From Fimbriosthenelais zetlandica (lineage: Eukaryota), in contig OZ365110.1 of NCBI GenBank assembly GCA_977030845.1, positions 30,814,001 to 30,878,000 on the forward strand: DNA of 64,000 nt, written 5' to 3'. Under the pieces are notes generated by a model, which searched no databases, was not told the DNA's origin, and worked only from the letters and a program-made list of their open reading frames with translations. Each line of letters opens with the position of its first letter. Position 1 is the first letter of the stretch. Positions 38,171 to 50,391 of this stretch are shown piece by piece. The translations under genes and the position numbers were made by a program.

Positions 38171-39099
38171 GGTAAACCCTTGGTCTGAACACAGGAGATG
38201 AGGTACAAGTCTCCTGAAGTACTAAAGTCCCTTTTAGAGACTATATTGAAGTTGGAGGTGCTGGTATATATATGGCCGTATACGGGCAATAGTGATGATG
38301 TAGTGCTTTATGGAAGTGGTGCTACTAAAAGACAAGTATTCTCGTATATGATTGCTTTCACTTGCTAGATATTTGGTCTTGTACGTTTTGGGTGGACCGA
38401 AGGCTTGTGGTCCGTGGGGACTGAGTGGGAAGACAGTTGTGGCACCACTCACGCTCTCTTGTGTTATGAATGAGTTGGTCAGAGCTACTCTGGTGCTCTA
38501 TGGGGGAAAAGCAGCGAGCAGCTCGTAGTAACGGGTGGTGAGCAGTTGCCTTCTGGCTATCTATCTGTCAGCACCCACCCAACTCACTCGTTCCGATCTC
38601 TTCTCTCTACAGCTGTCGCCTGATGCACTATCCACTATCTTCCACCGATAGAGACAAGAAGAACCAGTGGTAGGAAACGTGGACTTTTTGTGAAGATGAG
38701 AAAAGGAGAGTGTTAGCCTATTATTACAGACTGTCCTATATTTTCTTGGTGAGACAGTCAAATCAGTAAAGTTGCAATTATACCAAATATTCAATAGAAA
38801 GCACAAGCTCTACACATGCTCCAAATTCGTTTAACTGTGATTGTCTCAACCTGGTATAAACTTCCTGGTAGTCGTCACTTTTGCCTTTTTTTTTTTTTTT
38901 ACTCCTTTCAGGGTACGTCTGGAACCAATTTAACTGCCTGGGAAAACTCCAATGACTTTTTTCTAAAAAGAGAACAGCTAGGGTGTGATAGGCCCTCTCA
39001 CAGCGTAAGGAGTGGATGGGAAGGAAACCGCGCGATGAGTGGCTCCGAGTTGGTCTGGGAGACGTGTACCAGCTGCTCGTACTACTAAAATACTACTGG

Positions 39100-39300
39100 C
39101 AAGGTTCACCACTTGGCGACTGACTGGGGGACTGGATGAGCGGACAGTTCATTTCATTCACCACTCTCTCTCTCCACGTGTATTCTTCCGCACGAGGCAG
39201 TGCTGCTGCGCATGCGCATGCGTTGTTACTAAGCACACAAAAGATGGTCAATAGATGGGCATGCGCGCTGTGCAAGCGGAAGTGCATGCATGCACGCGGA
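39100..39300 (-). promoter_or_regulatory. Probable proximal promoter of the receptor gene
   Basis: CpG-rich islet ~1 kb upstream of the ATG. It holds a perfect NRF1/EWG palindrome TGCGCATGCGCA (39207-39218, overlapped by a second GCGCATGCG), E-box CACGTG (39175-39180), ETS GCGGAAGT (39276-39283) and Inr-like TCAGTC on the minus strand (39123-39118). A possible donor GCT|GTGAGA lies at 39002/39001. Confidence 0.55.
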
Positions 39301-41012
39301 GGTGATCACCATCCACCAACAGAATGTAACCTACATTGGTGCATTCATGGAGGGGGACTGCCATGATACAAGGGTGGAGCTAGAATGAGGTTATATATTC
39401 ACCCTTACAAAAAATACAAGACTTTTAACGTGCGATTCTTAAATTTGCAGGACAAAATAACTATTTTTAAACAGAGGCCAATAGCTATATAATTATGCTT
39501 TCTTATCAAATTTATTAGGGAAAAATGCTTTGATGTTGAGTATCGAGTTAATTCTCTGTTTTTGGTGTGAAACAGTTTGTGGATTAATTCTTAGTGTAGT
39601 ATAGGTAAAGCCAAAAAGGTTATAGGCATAACTCCACGCCACCTATCCCCGAACATCCAGTATGCGCGTGTTTAGGGAGGTACGTGTGCGCGGGGAGGGG
39701 TGTTGAAAGGGGGTTAAGGAAGGAGGGTCCCCAATGCATTCATAATGACTGACATCTCATTCAATTTCTGAAAATCACGGGGGCTCTAGCGCCTCCCACA
39801 TTTCAATCAGGCCTGCCCCTTTTAGCCAGGAGTTCAGGCTGGCAGATTTCAGAGTGTGAATGGAGGTGTCGGTAGCTAATGAGAAAGGCAATCAATGCCT
39901 AATGAATATGGATTTAAATAGTGATGGAAGAGAAGAAGAGAAACGCATGTAGACTGGCCCAGATCACCATAACAAAAGCATACATTGCACATTGTGTTCA
40001 TCAAAGGGAATCTGGGTCCCCAAATGAAAGGAAGAGGGATTTAACCCGAGTTACTTTTCCTAAAAAAACAAAGAAGGAAACAAGGCTTAATTTAAATTCA
40101 AAAGCAAAAAAATAAACATAATGATAGACTTCGGCAAGGCTATGGAGATGGTAAGGCATTGGGCTGGCTATTAATGAACTCCCAACAGATGAGAACATCG
40201 CCAGGTGATAGATGGTTGGCCTGAAGGTGGTTGGCTATATTGATGGATATACATTCAGGGTGGACGTGTTCACACCTATACAAAACTAAAGGGTCTGAAA
40301 CTGGCCCACTCATCCCGACCCGTGAGGGAAGTACTCCCAGAGTCTGGATTAACACATGCTCCCCGAAAGACTTTTTCTTCGGTATAATTGTAATTAATAA
40401 GTCAATGTAACATTCAAATTAATGGATTATTTCCTATAATAAACATACATTAATTCAGATGTAATGAGGAAGATTGTCGTTATATTTTATGGTTAATCGT
40501 TATTGTCGTTAAATGAATTAGAGTGGATAGTAATAATTTTCTCTGCCGAATTATTAGAGAATGTAAAACTAAAAGCTTCTAGCCGATATTTATTATATCT
40601 GCGCGACAAGTTACTCATCTGTATTAATACTTCGCTACGCGAAACTATCATATATATTCATACGAGTCTGCTCTTTTGACTCCCTGAGCTTATTTTCACC
40701 GGATGTTCGAAAGGCTGACATAAAACCATAAATCAAATTATTTTCATGGTCACAGGTCTGGAGGTTATTTTTTCTGCGAGTCTGATATAAAGGGGATAAA
40801 AACCATGTGGTAATAGATGGCAGGGTATTGCTTTCTTGCAAAGAGAGATCTTCATCTTGTTTCTCGAAGCAATCTCACTGCAATATCTCATGATAGACTA
40901 CTTGTCACTGTTTGAATCAATAGCTGCCAAAGAAGGTAAGACAGATGTGAACTCATTCAACAATACCCGGGCGGGGTTTCATGCGGGAAGAAGTAACTTA
41001 AAAACCAATCTG

Positions 41013-41372
41013 GGGTCTGTTTCATAAAAAGTACCCTCCAATATAATATTCCGATATTATGCCATGAGCATTTGTAAAAAATATACCTGTTATCGGGGAG
41101 GAGGTGCGATTTGATTGCCATGCCTCACACGTACGAAGCGAAAACCCGAAAGGGAAGACAACGGGCAATTGACCAATCAGGGAATTGAATTCTGTCAAGC
41201 TAAAGATGGGGGAATGTCACTTCTATATAGGCCTAGTACAATTTCATATGATTATAATGATTTGTTTTGAAAGATTTAGAAATGTAGAATTGTAACTAAG
41301 CGTGACCAGTGCAACTGAGTTGGGAGCAACTACCATAAGATGACATATAACAGGTTTTCATGAAGCAGGCCC
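41013..41372. mobile_element. Possible decayed ~360-bp PIF/Harbinger-like MITE
   Basis: GGGGTCTGTTTCATAAAAA (41012-41030) and the reverse complement of 41355-41373 (AGGGCCTGCTTCATGAAAA) match at 15/19, with all mismatches being transitions. The flanks (CTG left, TTA right) are not an intact TSD. Confidence 0.4.
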
Positions 41373-42540
41373 TTAGAGGCCCAGTGTTCAGGCATGAAAG
41401 AATATTGTGAGAGATTTGCCTAGTAAATCAGAGCTGGGGACAGTAGTGGTGGAGGAGGGGGTGGTGGGTTATGGGGGTGAAGCGGGGATAGGGGGATTAG
41501 GGCCAGAATGCATTCTTGATTGGATTCAATGGATCCATCACTGTAACCGGAAGTTGTGAGTGAAACTGGTTCCGGGGATCACAAAGCTGGCCGGCTGACC
41601 TGGCGGGCATTGTTAGGACCGGGCAGGAGCAAACACCACCCTCCACCATACAACTACAACATGGGCCAAAAATCTCCACTACTTTTTAATTTCAATTTTT
41701 TGGGAGTGTCACTTTCGGAATGATTGGCGAAATGCTGTTAGCTTTGATTTAAAGAAAGGAAAAGGGACAGAAATCTAAAACTCAAAGTGACTACTTCCTG
41801 AATTAAGATGGAAGGGCAATAAAAAGACGCTTAACCTAGAAATTGTTTAATGGGCTAGTCGGATGTGATGTTTTTTTGTTTTTTTTAAAGAAAAATTTGC
41901 AAAAAAGGCTAATTGATTCTGAAATATGAAAAATCTTTTAATCAAGGTTTATTTCAGGAAGATGTATTCGACAAGAACCACCTTGTAGGAGGCTACCAAC
42001 ACGCTTATTCCTCATCAGTAGATCCTTCAGTACCCTAAGCTACTGAATCAGTATTTCTCTCTCTCCCTCTTCTTTCCTCTTTTCTTTCGTGTTCCCCTTA
42101 CTCTGTGTCTCTCCAAACCAGTACGACCCCCAACATCCTAGAAACCCTTTCCGTCCTTTGAAACAGATTGACAGGAAAACGGATCACCTCGACTGATGGA
42201 AAATTACAAAGGATGAGAAGAAAAAAGAGAAGACTGTTGTAAACGAGGCGATAGTGAGATAATATGTCTATTACTAAATATACCGGGAAAGATCGATATC
42301 CGATCGGAAATTGACGGCAACCTTTTTGGATTAATTGTTAGGACGTGTGCCACGCTAGCGACGGATAATAGAGAAAGAAAGTATTATACAAGTATCATAA
42401 AAGGATGGAAGATCACGGCCCCTATACCTTTTTAACTATTTTTGGTCAAACTCTATCAGAACCTTTTCCATATAGCAGCCGGAGGATGAAAGGACAATGG
42501 AGGACATGTGGTCACAGCAGGCTGGACTGGGGCAGAACTA

Positions 42541-42621
42541 GGGGAGGGGAAATGTTGGGGTGTGGAGGGCGAAATGTAGGGGGAGGGGGAAATGTGGGGG
42601 TGAAGAGGGGAATGTGAGGGG
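42541..42621. repeat. G-rich ~20-bp minisatellite (GGGG..AATGT) x4
   Basis: AATGT cores at 42551, 42573, 42591 and 42611, each flanked by G-runs. Confidence 0.7.
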
Positions 42622-45600
42622 CCTAAGGGGAAGCTCAGTGGAGCAGAAGAGAGCAGTGGACAAGGTGTAACAAACTGGAAACTAGACTCCCCCACGACCT
42701 TCACTTCCTCCCCTTACATGCAAACCCTCGCCGGCCTTTGGGAGCTGGGGCTTGTTTTATAAAAAATGTATGGGTGATATGCATAAATTGCGACAGTCAT
42801 CTTAGACAATGCTTGAATATGTGTCAAGGGGTGGTCAGTGTGGCAGAAATGGAAGAAGGCAATATGACTAAGGAATCGTAAAGTCATTAATTCTTAAGAA
42901 TCAGGACGACACAAAAGCGAGAAAGATTAAGGGAGCGATCGGCAGGAGTAACAGCCAGAAATGAGTGAGAGAGTAGAGAGATCTGGATAAACATAAAGTT
43001 GGAGATTTGATGGAGAATAGAGAAGACAGATTTGTATTAGCCGTGAGCATCTGATTTATCCACTAAGGAAGATCATCCATAAGAAACTCAACCATCCTTA
43101 GGTTCGCAGGTCACGTAAGCTCACCCACAATGCCGTATGTCCATCTATTCACATAACTCAAACTATAGACCTCTATATCTACTTCCTACGGAAACTCTGG
43201 GACAAAGCCTAGTTCTATTTTTATAGACCTATATATTGTCTTTGATTTAAAGCAACAATACTGTAACCTAAATGTCAGATAAGCTGATAGAAATATTATT
43301 TATAAACTGTCACACCCTCATATAGGCTAGTTAGATCATATCATATAGACATGCAACAGTTGATGGTTAAATTTATAGTAAACACAAATTTCCATATTCA
43401 GAGAAGGATAATCTCAGGGTTAGTCAGTTACCTGAATAGCATCTTAGAAAATGGGGTTTCACAGAAAGGGCCTAACAGCAATGAAACAGATCTCAATTAA
43501 GCCCCTCATCTGACCTACCCTCCCTTCTATATCCACACCCAAAGGGACCTGGGTACGGATTTGTTTATACTCATGCGGCCCTGGAGCAGAATCACTCAAC
43601 CCCTCTCTCTAAATCTCAGCCTCTCAGATTTTACTTGTAAGTCTTCGAAGCACAGGCAATGTCACCTGAGAGAGCAGACCTGTAACCCCTAAACATCAAA
43701 GCTCCACGATCGATGGGCAAATCAAAGAGCTCGGTAAAAGCCGAAAGGAGACAAAATGTAGCCAACTTTTCCGATTATTAAAAGTAAACAAAGAAAACAA
43801 ATATACCAGGACACCGAATCAATGCAAGCCAGAGAAAGTTATTCTACTCAATTTGTAATCAATTTATGCAATTTTGGTAGACAGGCATCTCCTGTTTTAA
43901 GACAAACTTGCTTTTAAAAATCCGATAATTATAATACAGAGAACTTTAATTTAAAGAAGTTACTTCACACGATATTGATTGGTTGAACATAGGAAATGGC
44001 GTCAAGGTGTGGACTACTGATTAGGGACTATACCATCGATCTTTACATGTATATGAGGATGGGGCGGGGTATAAAGCAGGCTAATGATTATAGATTACTT
44101 AATCATTTTAGTGTCCCATATTTATTGACCTTCCTTTAAAAATGGATCTATTAATTGCTATCTATTATGAGTTGCTTAACACAGACCCCCAAACCCTGCG
44201 TCATATAATTATGAAGCTTAATTTCTCTCAATATGGCCAGCTGAAAATAAAAATTTATGCTTTCCCTTTTAATTCGGTTTCCTCTAAAGAATAACACGTC
44301 GTTCATTGCATAGGACACTTCTCAGAAATGGTCTGGAGTCCACACACGTGAAAATTGTAAACTTGATGTAATTTCAGAGATAACCACGGTCAAATGAATG
44401 AGCTGTTAAACAGTGTATGTCTGCAGCTCGCTCAGAGACTCAGAGTCGCCGAGTTGTAAACATGGAGGAGTGTGATAGATTTAAGATGTGTACACACATG
44501 TTTGTTTATAGTAAGGCAAGGTACAGACACACTCCAGATTGAACTTCCTTATATAAACGGTTATATAATGTGGGGGAGGGTGCAGGAATGTGCGTCATAT
44601 GGCTAGGAATGCATACCTAGTGAAGTAAGGTGCTTATCTCACAAGGATGAACTGATGTCCCTGATTTGTTGATACATACAAAATGGCAGATGGATTATAT
44701 GAATTGGGTGCTTACTTCAAAATTGCCTTATTAAAAAAGGCATTAATCCTGCCGTTCTTGTTGATGATAATTATGAACTTGTTTAAACAATTACATGACA
44801 TCAGACAACTCATCAAACATCGAAGGTTATCGCATAGTTACAGGTTAATTAAAATTCAAGTCCTTGGTTGAAATTGCCTTTCAGATTGCACTATTATTTG
44901 TGCTAATTCAATTAACTTAAGTTGTAAATTCACGATTGTCTTGACACTAAAGTAGGAAGGTCATGGTGAATGGAATGGTTTTGTGTGGACATCTGTGAAA
45001 AGTCGCACTGTTGAAAGCATATTACATACGTGCCAATTAAAATAAGACCCTCAGATATAAAGATAACAATACAATATTTAGTCAATAAATACAGTCATGT
45101 AGTGTTTCAGTCAGGACATTAAAAGTAAGTTGTACTGACTGCGCATGTTGCACTTTTGCGAATGGGAGAAAGATGATCATATCTGTGAATGCAAACATGA
45201 ACTGATGAGGAGGAAATCTGGCTATTGGATATCAGATCCTGGAGTGCCATTCTACACAGGCGTATCAACCAACTGCCCTGCACTCCCATTGTCTGATAAC
45301 CTGATATCAATAATGAAATGCATTGGAAAATTAAGACTACCATCTCAATCCAAAAGTATGAAATTCGGGCATTAAAAAGTATTACATTTTTTAAAATAGT
45401 TTTTTCGTCTTTGTCACATCCGTTGTCATGCACTGAGGAATTTATTTGTTTCAGTAGGCAATTCGAAGATGGCGTCTGAAATTCAGTTACTCGCAATCCT
45501 TTAGCAAAAAGTGTCTTCGTTTTACAAGGGGAATTTTTTTCACGGAAACAAGATTCCTCCTATTTAAAAAACACATTACTATATATAAAGCATAGACCTA

Positions 45601-45649
45601 CATGTCTTTAGAATGGTAAAAAGATTAGGGGTTTTTCTAGGGTATTAAG

Positions 45650-46070
45650 GTGACAATGTCGCACGACAATATCGCAATGACAAGCCTTTGTCGCCAGGTG
45701 TATGCGACAATGTACGACAGAAGCGACAATGGACCTTCATTGCAGCGACATTTTCATGCAGAAATTGAAGCGACATGGGACGACAGAAGCCTCCATTGAT
45801 GCGACAGTATCATGCGACATTAGCTGAATACCATCAGCGAATCATATGACCACATCAGAGAGAACCTGCCTCCATTGCCGCGAGAATGTCGTGCGACAGG
45901 GCCACTTCCGGTTACCAACCGGAAGTCCCGTTTCGTTTCGCCCTCTGGCCAGGCCTTCTAAATCCTTTCTAAAACATTTTTGAACTCAATCAAAACTGTC
46001 GCAAGCAAACTGACAACACATGTTGTCGCCTGTCTGTCTCTTCCCTTGCCTCAACTGCCGCGACACTGTC
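45650..46070. repeat. Degenerate CGACA/TGTCG repeat array, probably a non-autonomous DNA-transposon (MITE-like) relic
   Basis: About 16 CGACA/TGTCG in ~420 bp. Four copies of a 19-bp unit CCTCCATTGCxGCGACAxT (45734, 45790, 45869, 46049), an inverted 12-mer pair (45657-45668 / 45887-45898) and a hairpin at 45904-45926. No clear TSD seen. Confidence 0.6.
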
Positions 46071-49000
46071 TTCCCATAGCATTCCACAGCACTCTTTCCA
46101 TACCCCTCATTTATCGCTCAGTGATAGACTTCCTATATGAACACATTTGAAGCTCTGATCGGAACTCATCCCAACCCACTCCTAGTTGGAAAATCCTGGA
46201 TCCGCTACTGGGATCTATGAATTTTAATTGTGAAATGAAACGGTTCCCTTATAGATCTACAGAATTATGCGACATTGGGACCGGAAGTATAAAAGTTTCC
46301 TGACCTATTAATCTCTATTCAGAAGAAAAAGGAACAAATATATTAAATATTGGTCCTCATGAATTCTGCAAGGTGCAAGGACATTTTTTCCCATGGGAGC
46401 CTGGTGGCTTGAAAACCGTCAATAAACATCGTGGGTTGGGGGTTATCGGGTTTGAGATATGAGAATGGTGAAGTCTATTTTCATCTCAATCCCTATTTCC
46501 ACCTCTACTACACGCCCATTTACGACCTAGTAGGTAAGGTGATATATTCAACTGATAGGAAGACGGGAGGTGGTCTCCCTACTAACTCAGGACTTATCTT
46601 ATCAAAGAAGGACCATGGTAGAGGCATTCAAAGCAATGATATACCACCGGACCCGGATTTGACATCAGAAATTCCAGTCAGAGGGTGTCAGACAGATGTT
46701 AAGGGTGCGCTTTGTTAACATATTAATACAGGTGATCATTCGCGACTGAAGGTTAAAAAATAACATAAATATATATAGTGAATTAAAATTCGAATGAAAG
46801 TACTGAGTCGTTAGAAATTAGGTTATATGGAAACACGGACGAATTCTGATTGATAAAGTCATTGCTTTGACTTGTATATTTTGTAGTAACAATACTTATA
46901 GGATTGTTTTATGCCAATTAATTTCTTTTCCTTTTCAACAAAAAAACACTGGATCCCCGGATCCATCTCCGATGATAAGCTCATTTAATTCATTTTCATT
47001 GACCAGGAAAGGTTATCTGAAATGTTAACTGGGCAACGGCCACTCCAAAATCAGTATGATCACTCCAGCAGCGAAACTTTTTGCGATGCGCTTCACCAAG
47101 AAAGAGGAAAATCCCGGAACAACTTTTATCCTTCTGTCTAGTATATAATTTCCGAAAAAATATGCGGCCCCAAAATGTAAGGAATTGGCTTATGGAGTGA
47201 TTTGTAAGTATGCAGCGTTCCTACTTCCCTGGTAGGTTGGGGGGGGGTCTATTTTTTCACCTACATTTTAAATGGAAAACAAACTGTAACAGGCCCTAAC
47301 TGTCGAAGTCCATAGTTTGATAATTTGTTGGTGCACAAGTAGGTTCGGAAGGTGGTTTTCAGTAGAGGTGAATAATCATATTCAGGTCCAAGTACACTTT
47401 ATCATAAGCCTATTTCTCAAGTGTCAGGGCACAGTTGGGGTTATTCAAACGTTTGATTCATGCCACTCATGAACCCTCGAGGGAAGAATATTTTGGGAAG
47501 TGTTCAGCAATGAATCTAATTCACTCAGCAGTCTGTCGTATCACAATGATTAAAGAGGATCATCTAAAACCTGCCACAGACAGCTTTCAACAGCTACATG
47601 TATATGATTAACCTGCTCTGACGGGGTGGGAGGAAGGGATTGGGGATGGGGATGAAAGGGGGAAGGGGAAGAGTAGATGGGTTATGTACAGGAAAATCTT
47701 TGGATGGTATATTGTACATAAACTCAGACCATCCAGACATCAGATTATAACATTTGTAGACTAGGAGTTATAAATAATTATGTTTCTGGAATTTCTGGAA
47801 TGAGATATTCCATGTATCAAATTAATTTTGAATTCATTAAATCAGAATAAAAATCAACCAGCAGCAAAATAGAGAGCCCAGCTTGTTTCCTCCATCATTT
47901 GCCTGTAATGTAGTAAGGAGCACCAGGGGCATAGGTAAATCTTTCATTTCGCCTATTTTATAACAAGATTGATTGATCTCTGTTTTTCATGACAGAGATT
48001 CTGGCTCCGCGGGGACATGCTAATTGCATTTGAAATCTTTTAGTGAGTATTCCTCAGACGGTTTTGATGCAGAACGACTCTGGACATCAAAACATTGCCT
48101 GCCCTCTGGGGTTAGCGAGAGGGGGATGGAGACAAGAGGGAGGGGGTGGAGAGGTAGAGCTCAAGATCATTTATTCAAGCTCAGTTAAAGTGGCACTCAA
48201 CTGTTAGGAAGTATTGGGAAATCTAAAGATTTGTTGCCCGATGTGTTGCCTTGAAAGTATCATTTTCTATAACTAGAAACATTTTTCTAGATCTGCTTCC
48301 AACATTAAAGCATTTACATCATTTAAATATGAGACTTTGAGTCAGCTCTTCCTGAAATGGATAAAGAGAATGGCGGACTGATATCAGCGATGCACTCTTA
48401 AAAAAAGTCCCCTGCTTCCTCTTTTCATGGCCCCAGCCCCCACGTCCATACACCAACAGACCATGGAGTGCACCCCAATGGTCGATTCACCACTCTTTTG
48501 TGTCACCTATAATTGAGTTGGCCGACAGGGGCCAGGACTGGCATCATTCTATGATAGGCGTCTCTATTTGACAATCGTGCCAGAGTGTAGGGAGGAGCCA
48601 GAGAGGCCATGAAAAGGCATTACATTTGAAGATGTTCTGGCCCTGTCTCCAGGAGGAAGGAAAGGCAATATTGGACGTGCATGTTATGTATAGAGGCTTC
48701 TATCTATCTTTCTCTGGGCTATTGATGCTGTGGTAGACTAGCCTTGGACTTGCCAGAGAACAATAAGTGGTTGTGGGATAAACGACGTGCCAATCTTAAT
48801 ACTATACCAAATGTTATTTATTGTTTTAAATGTTGGGTAATACTCCACACTACTGGACTACATGACTACATGAAAATGATAAATTATCATGAAAAGTTTC
48901 CTTAATGTCCAATGCATGTCTAGGTGGTAGGAAGAGTAAAACACACATCTAGTCTCCAGATGAGTCCTGCCACGAATAAATGCAACTGAAAGACCTGGCT

Positions 49001-50171
49001 ATCGATGTTCGACCAGAGAGTGCATATTGGTGGGAGATAAGGTAGGAGGATGAAGAGCAAAAAAGGTTTGTATACCGACTCATATTGTGTCAGAGTAGGA
49101 ATGATGTAAAAGGGAACTGGAAGGGGAGGAAATGATCATGGTCTTAAAGGATATTTTTATGAGATCCACGATCCACTAAAGTGACTCTATAGCACCAGTG
49201 TGCCATCGACTGGCCAAAAGTCCCCCTTGAGATAAATAAACTGTTATTCATACTTAAATAGTTATTGTCGCGGGTCCTTTTGAAGGATTGTTTTCTCTAT
49301 ACTTATAGATAGGTGTAAAACTTCGTACGGTGAGGATACAAACTACGGCCAGCCGATGGTAAAATCGGCCCGGTGTATACCAGCCCTTTCTGATCTTTTG
49401 TGCTGCAGCTGCTCTGATAGCCAGGAAGGGGAGGAAATGAGAGATAGCTGAGAGAGATATCTAATCCTCTTTTCAGATATCAACAACCTTGTCACGTCTC
49501 CTGCCTCCACCAAATGACTTAAGCCTAGAAACAGACTCCTCTTGTCCTACACATAGTCCTGCCACTCATTGATTCTCACTCCGACCGCTCGAGGCCAAGG
49601 CTTACAACAGTTTTTCTAAAGAAAACCTGTCATCATTGTTGCCAAATTTGATCACTTCCAATAATTAATACTTTGGCTTAAGACTTTCAAAATTAATTTT
49701 GATTAATTAAATTGTATCCAATATTTTGGAACAACAATTTGGAATCCAAGGCCATACTTTTATAAATATTTGTGACGATGATTATTGTATATGGCCATCA
49801 TGATTATTGAACATGTATATACAAAATTAAAAGATAAATGTAAATCTCAAATGTTCTCAAATAAATTATTCTAAAAGAAACAATGATATATTGACACGAT
49901 TTTTAAAGCTACAAACCAATCGAAGACTCATTACCTACCAAGTCTTCATCAGCAGTAGACTATTAACATTATGGAACATAGGAAACACAGATTTCATTTT
50001 AAGGCCTAAAAAGCTTTGAAACACTCATTCTACCCGTCTCACATTCCTCCTCAAGGTAGATTTCCCAAACAGGAGAGAGATCCAAACTCTGAGATAATCC
50101 CCCAATCCCAGAGACCCACATAACTCTATACCCCCAGAGCAATGTGTAGAAGGAGCTTAGGGTATATGTAG

Positions 50172-50391
50172 TGGTATCTATGACTGCTGACCGGCAGTGG
50201 TCAGTCTATATGACGTGGTATCTTTGACAATACTTATCAGACTCCTTGGTCAGTATTGGCGAGTATAATTACACGATGTCTGTCATGGTATCTATGCCAC
50301 CTTCACAGCAGCCACTGTGGTCTGTATTTAGTAGATTGGTATCAAAATGAATCGTGGTCAGCATGTATGATTCTTGGTCAGCAATGGTCAG
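50172..50391. repeat. Decayed composite tandem repeat (alternating TGGTATC / TGGTCAG)
   Basis: TGGTATC at 50172, 50216, 50286, 50337; TGGTC(A/T)G at 50198, 50247, 50318, 50355, 50375, 50385. Confidence 0.65.

Noticed and set aside
49340-49390. Sequence reminiscent of a MITE end (AAGGGCTGGTATACACCGGGCCGAT on minus)
   Set aside because: No partner inverted repeat or second copy found in the window.
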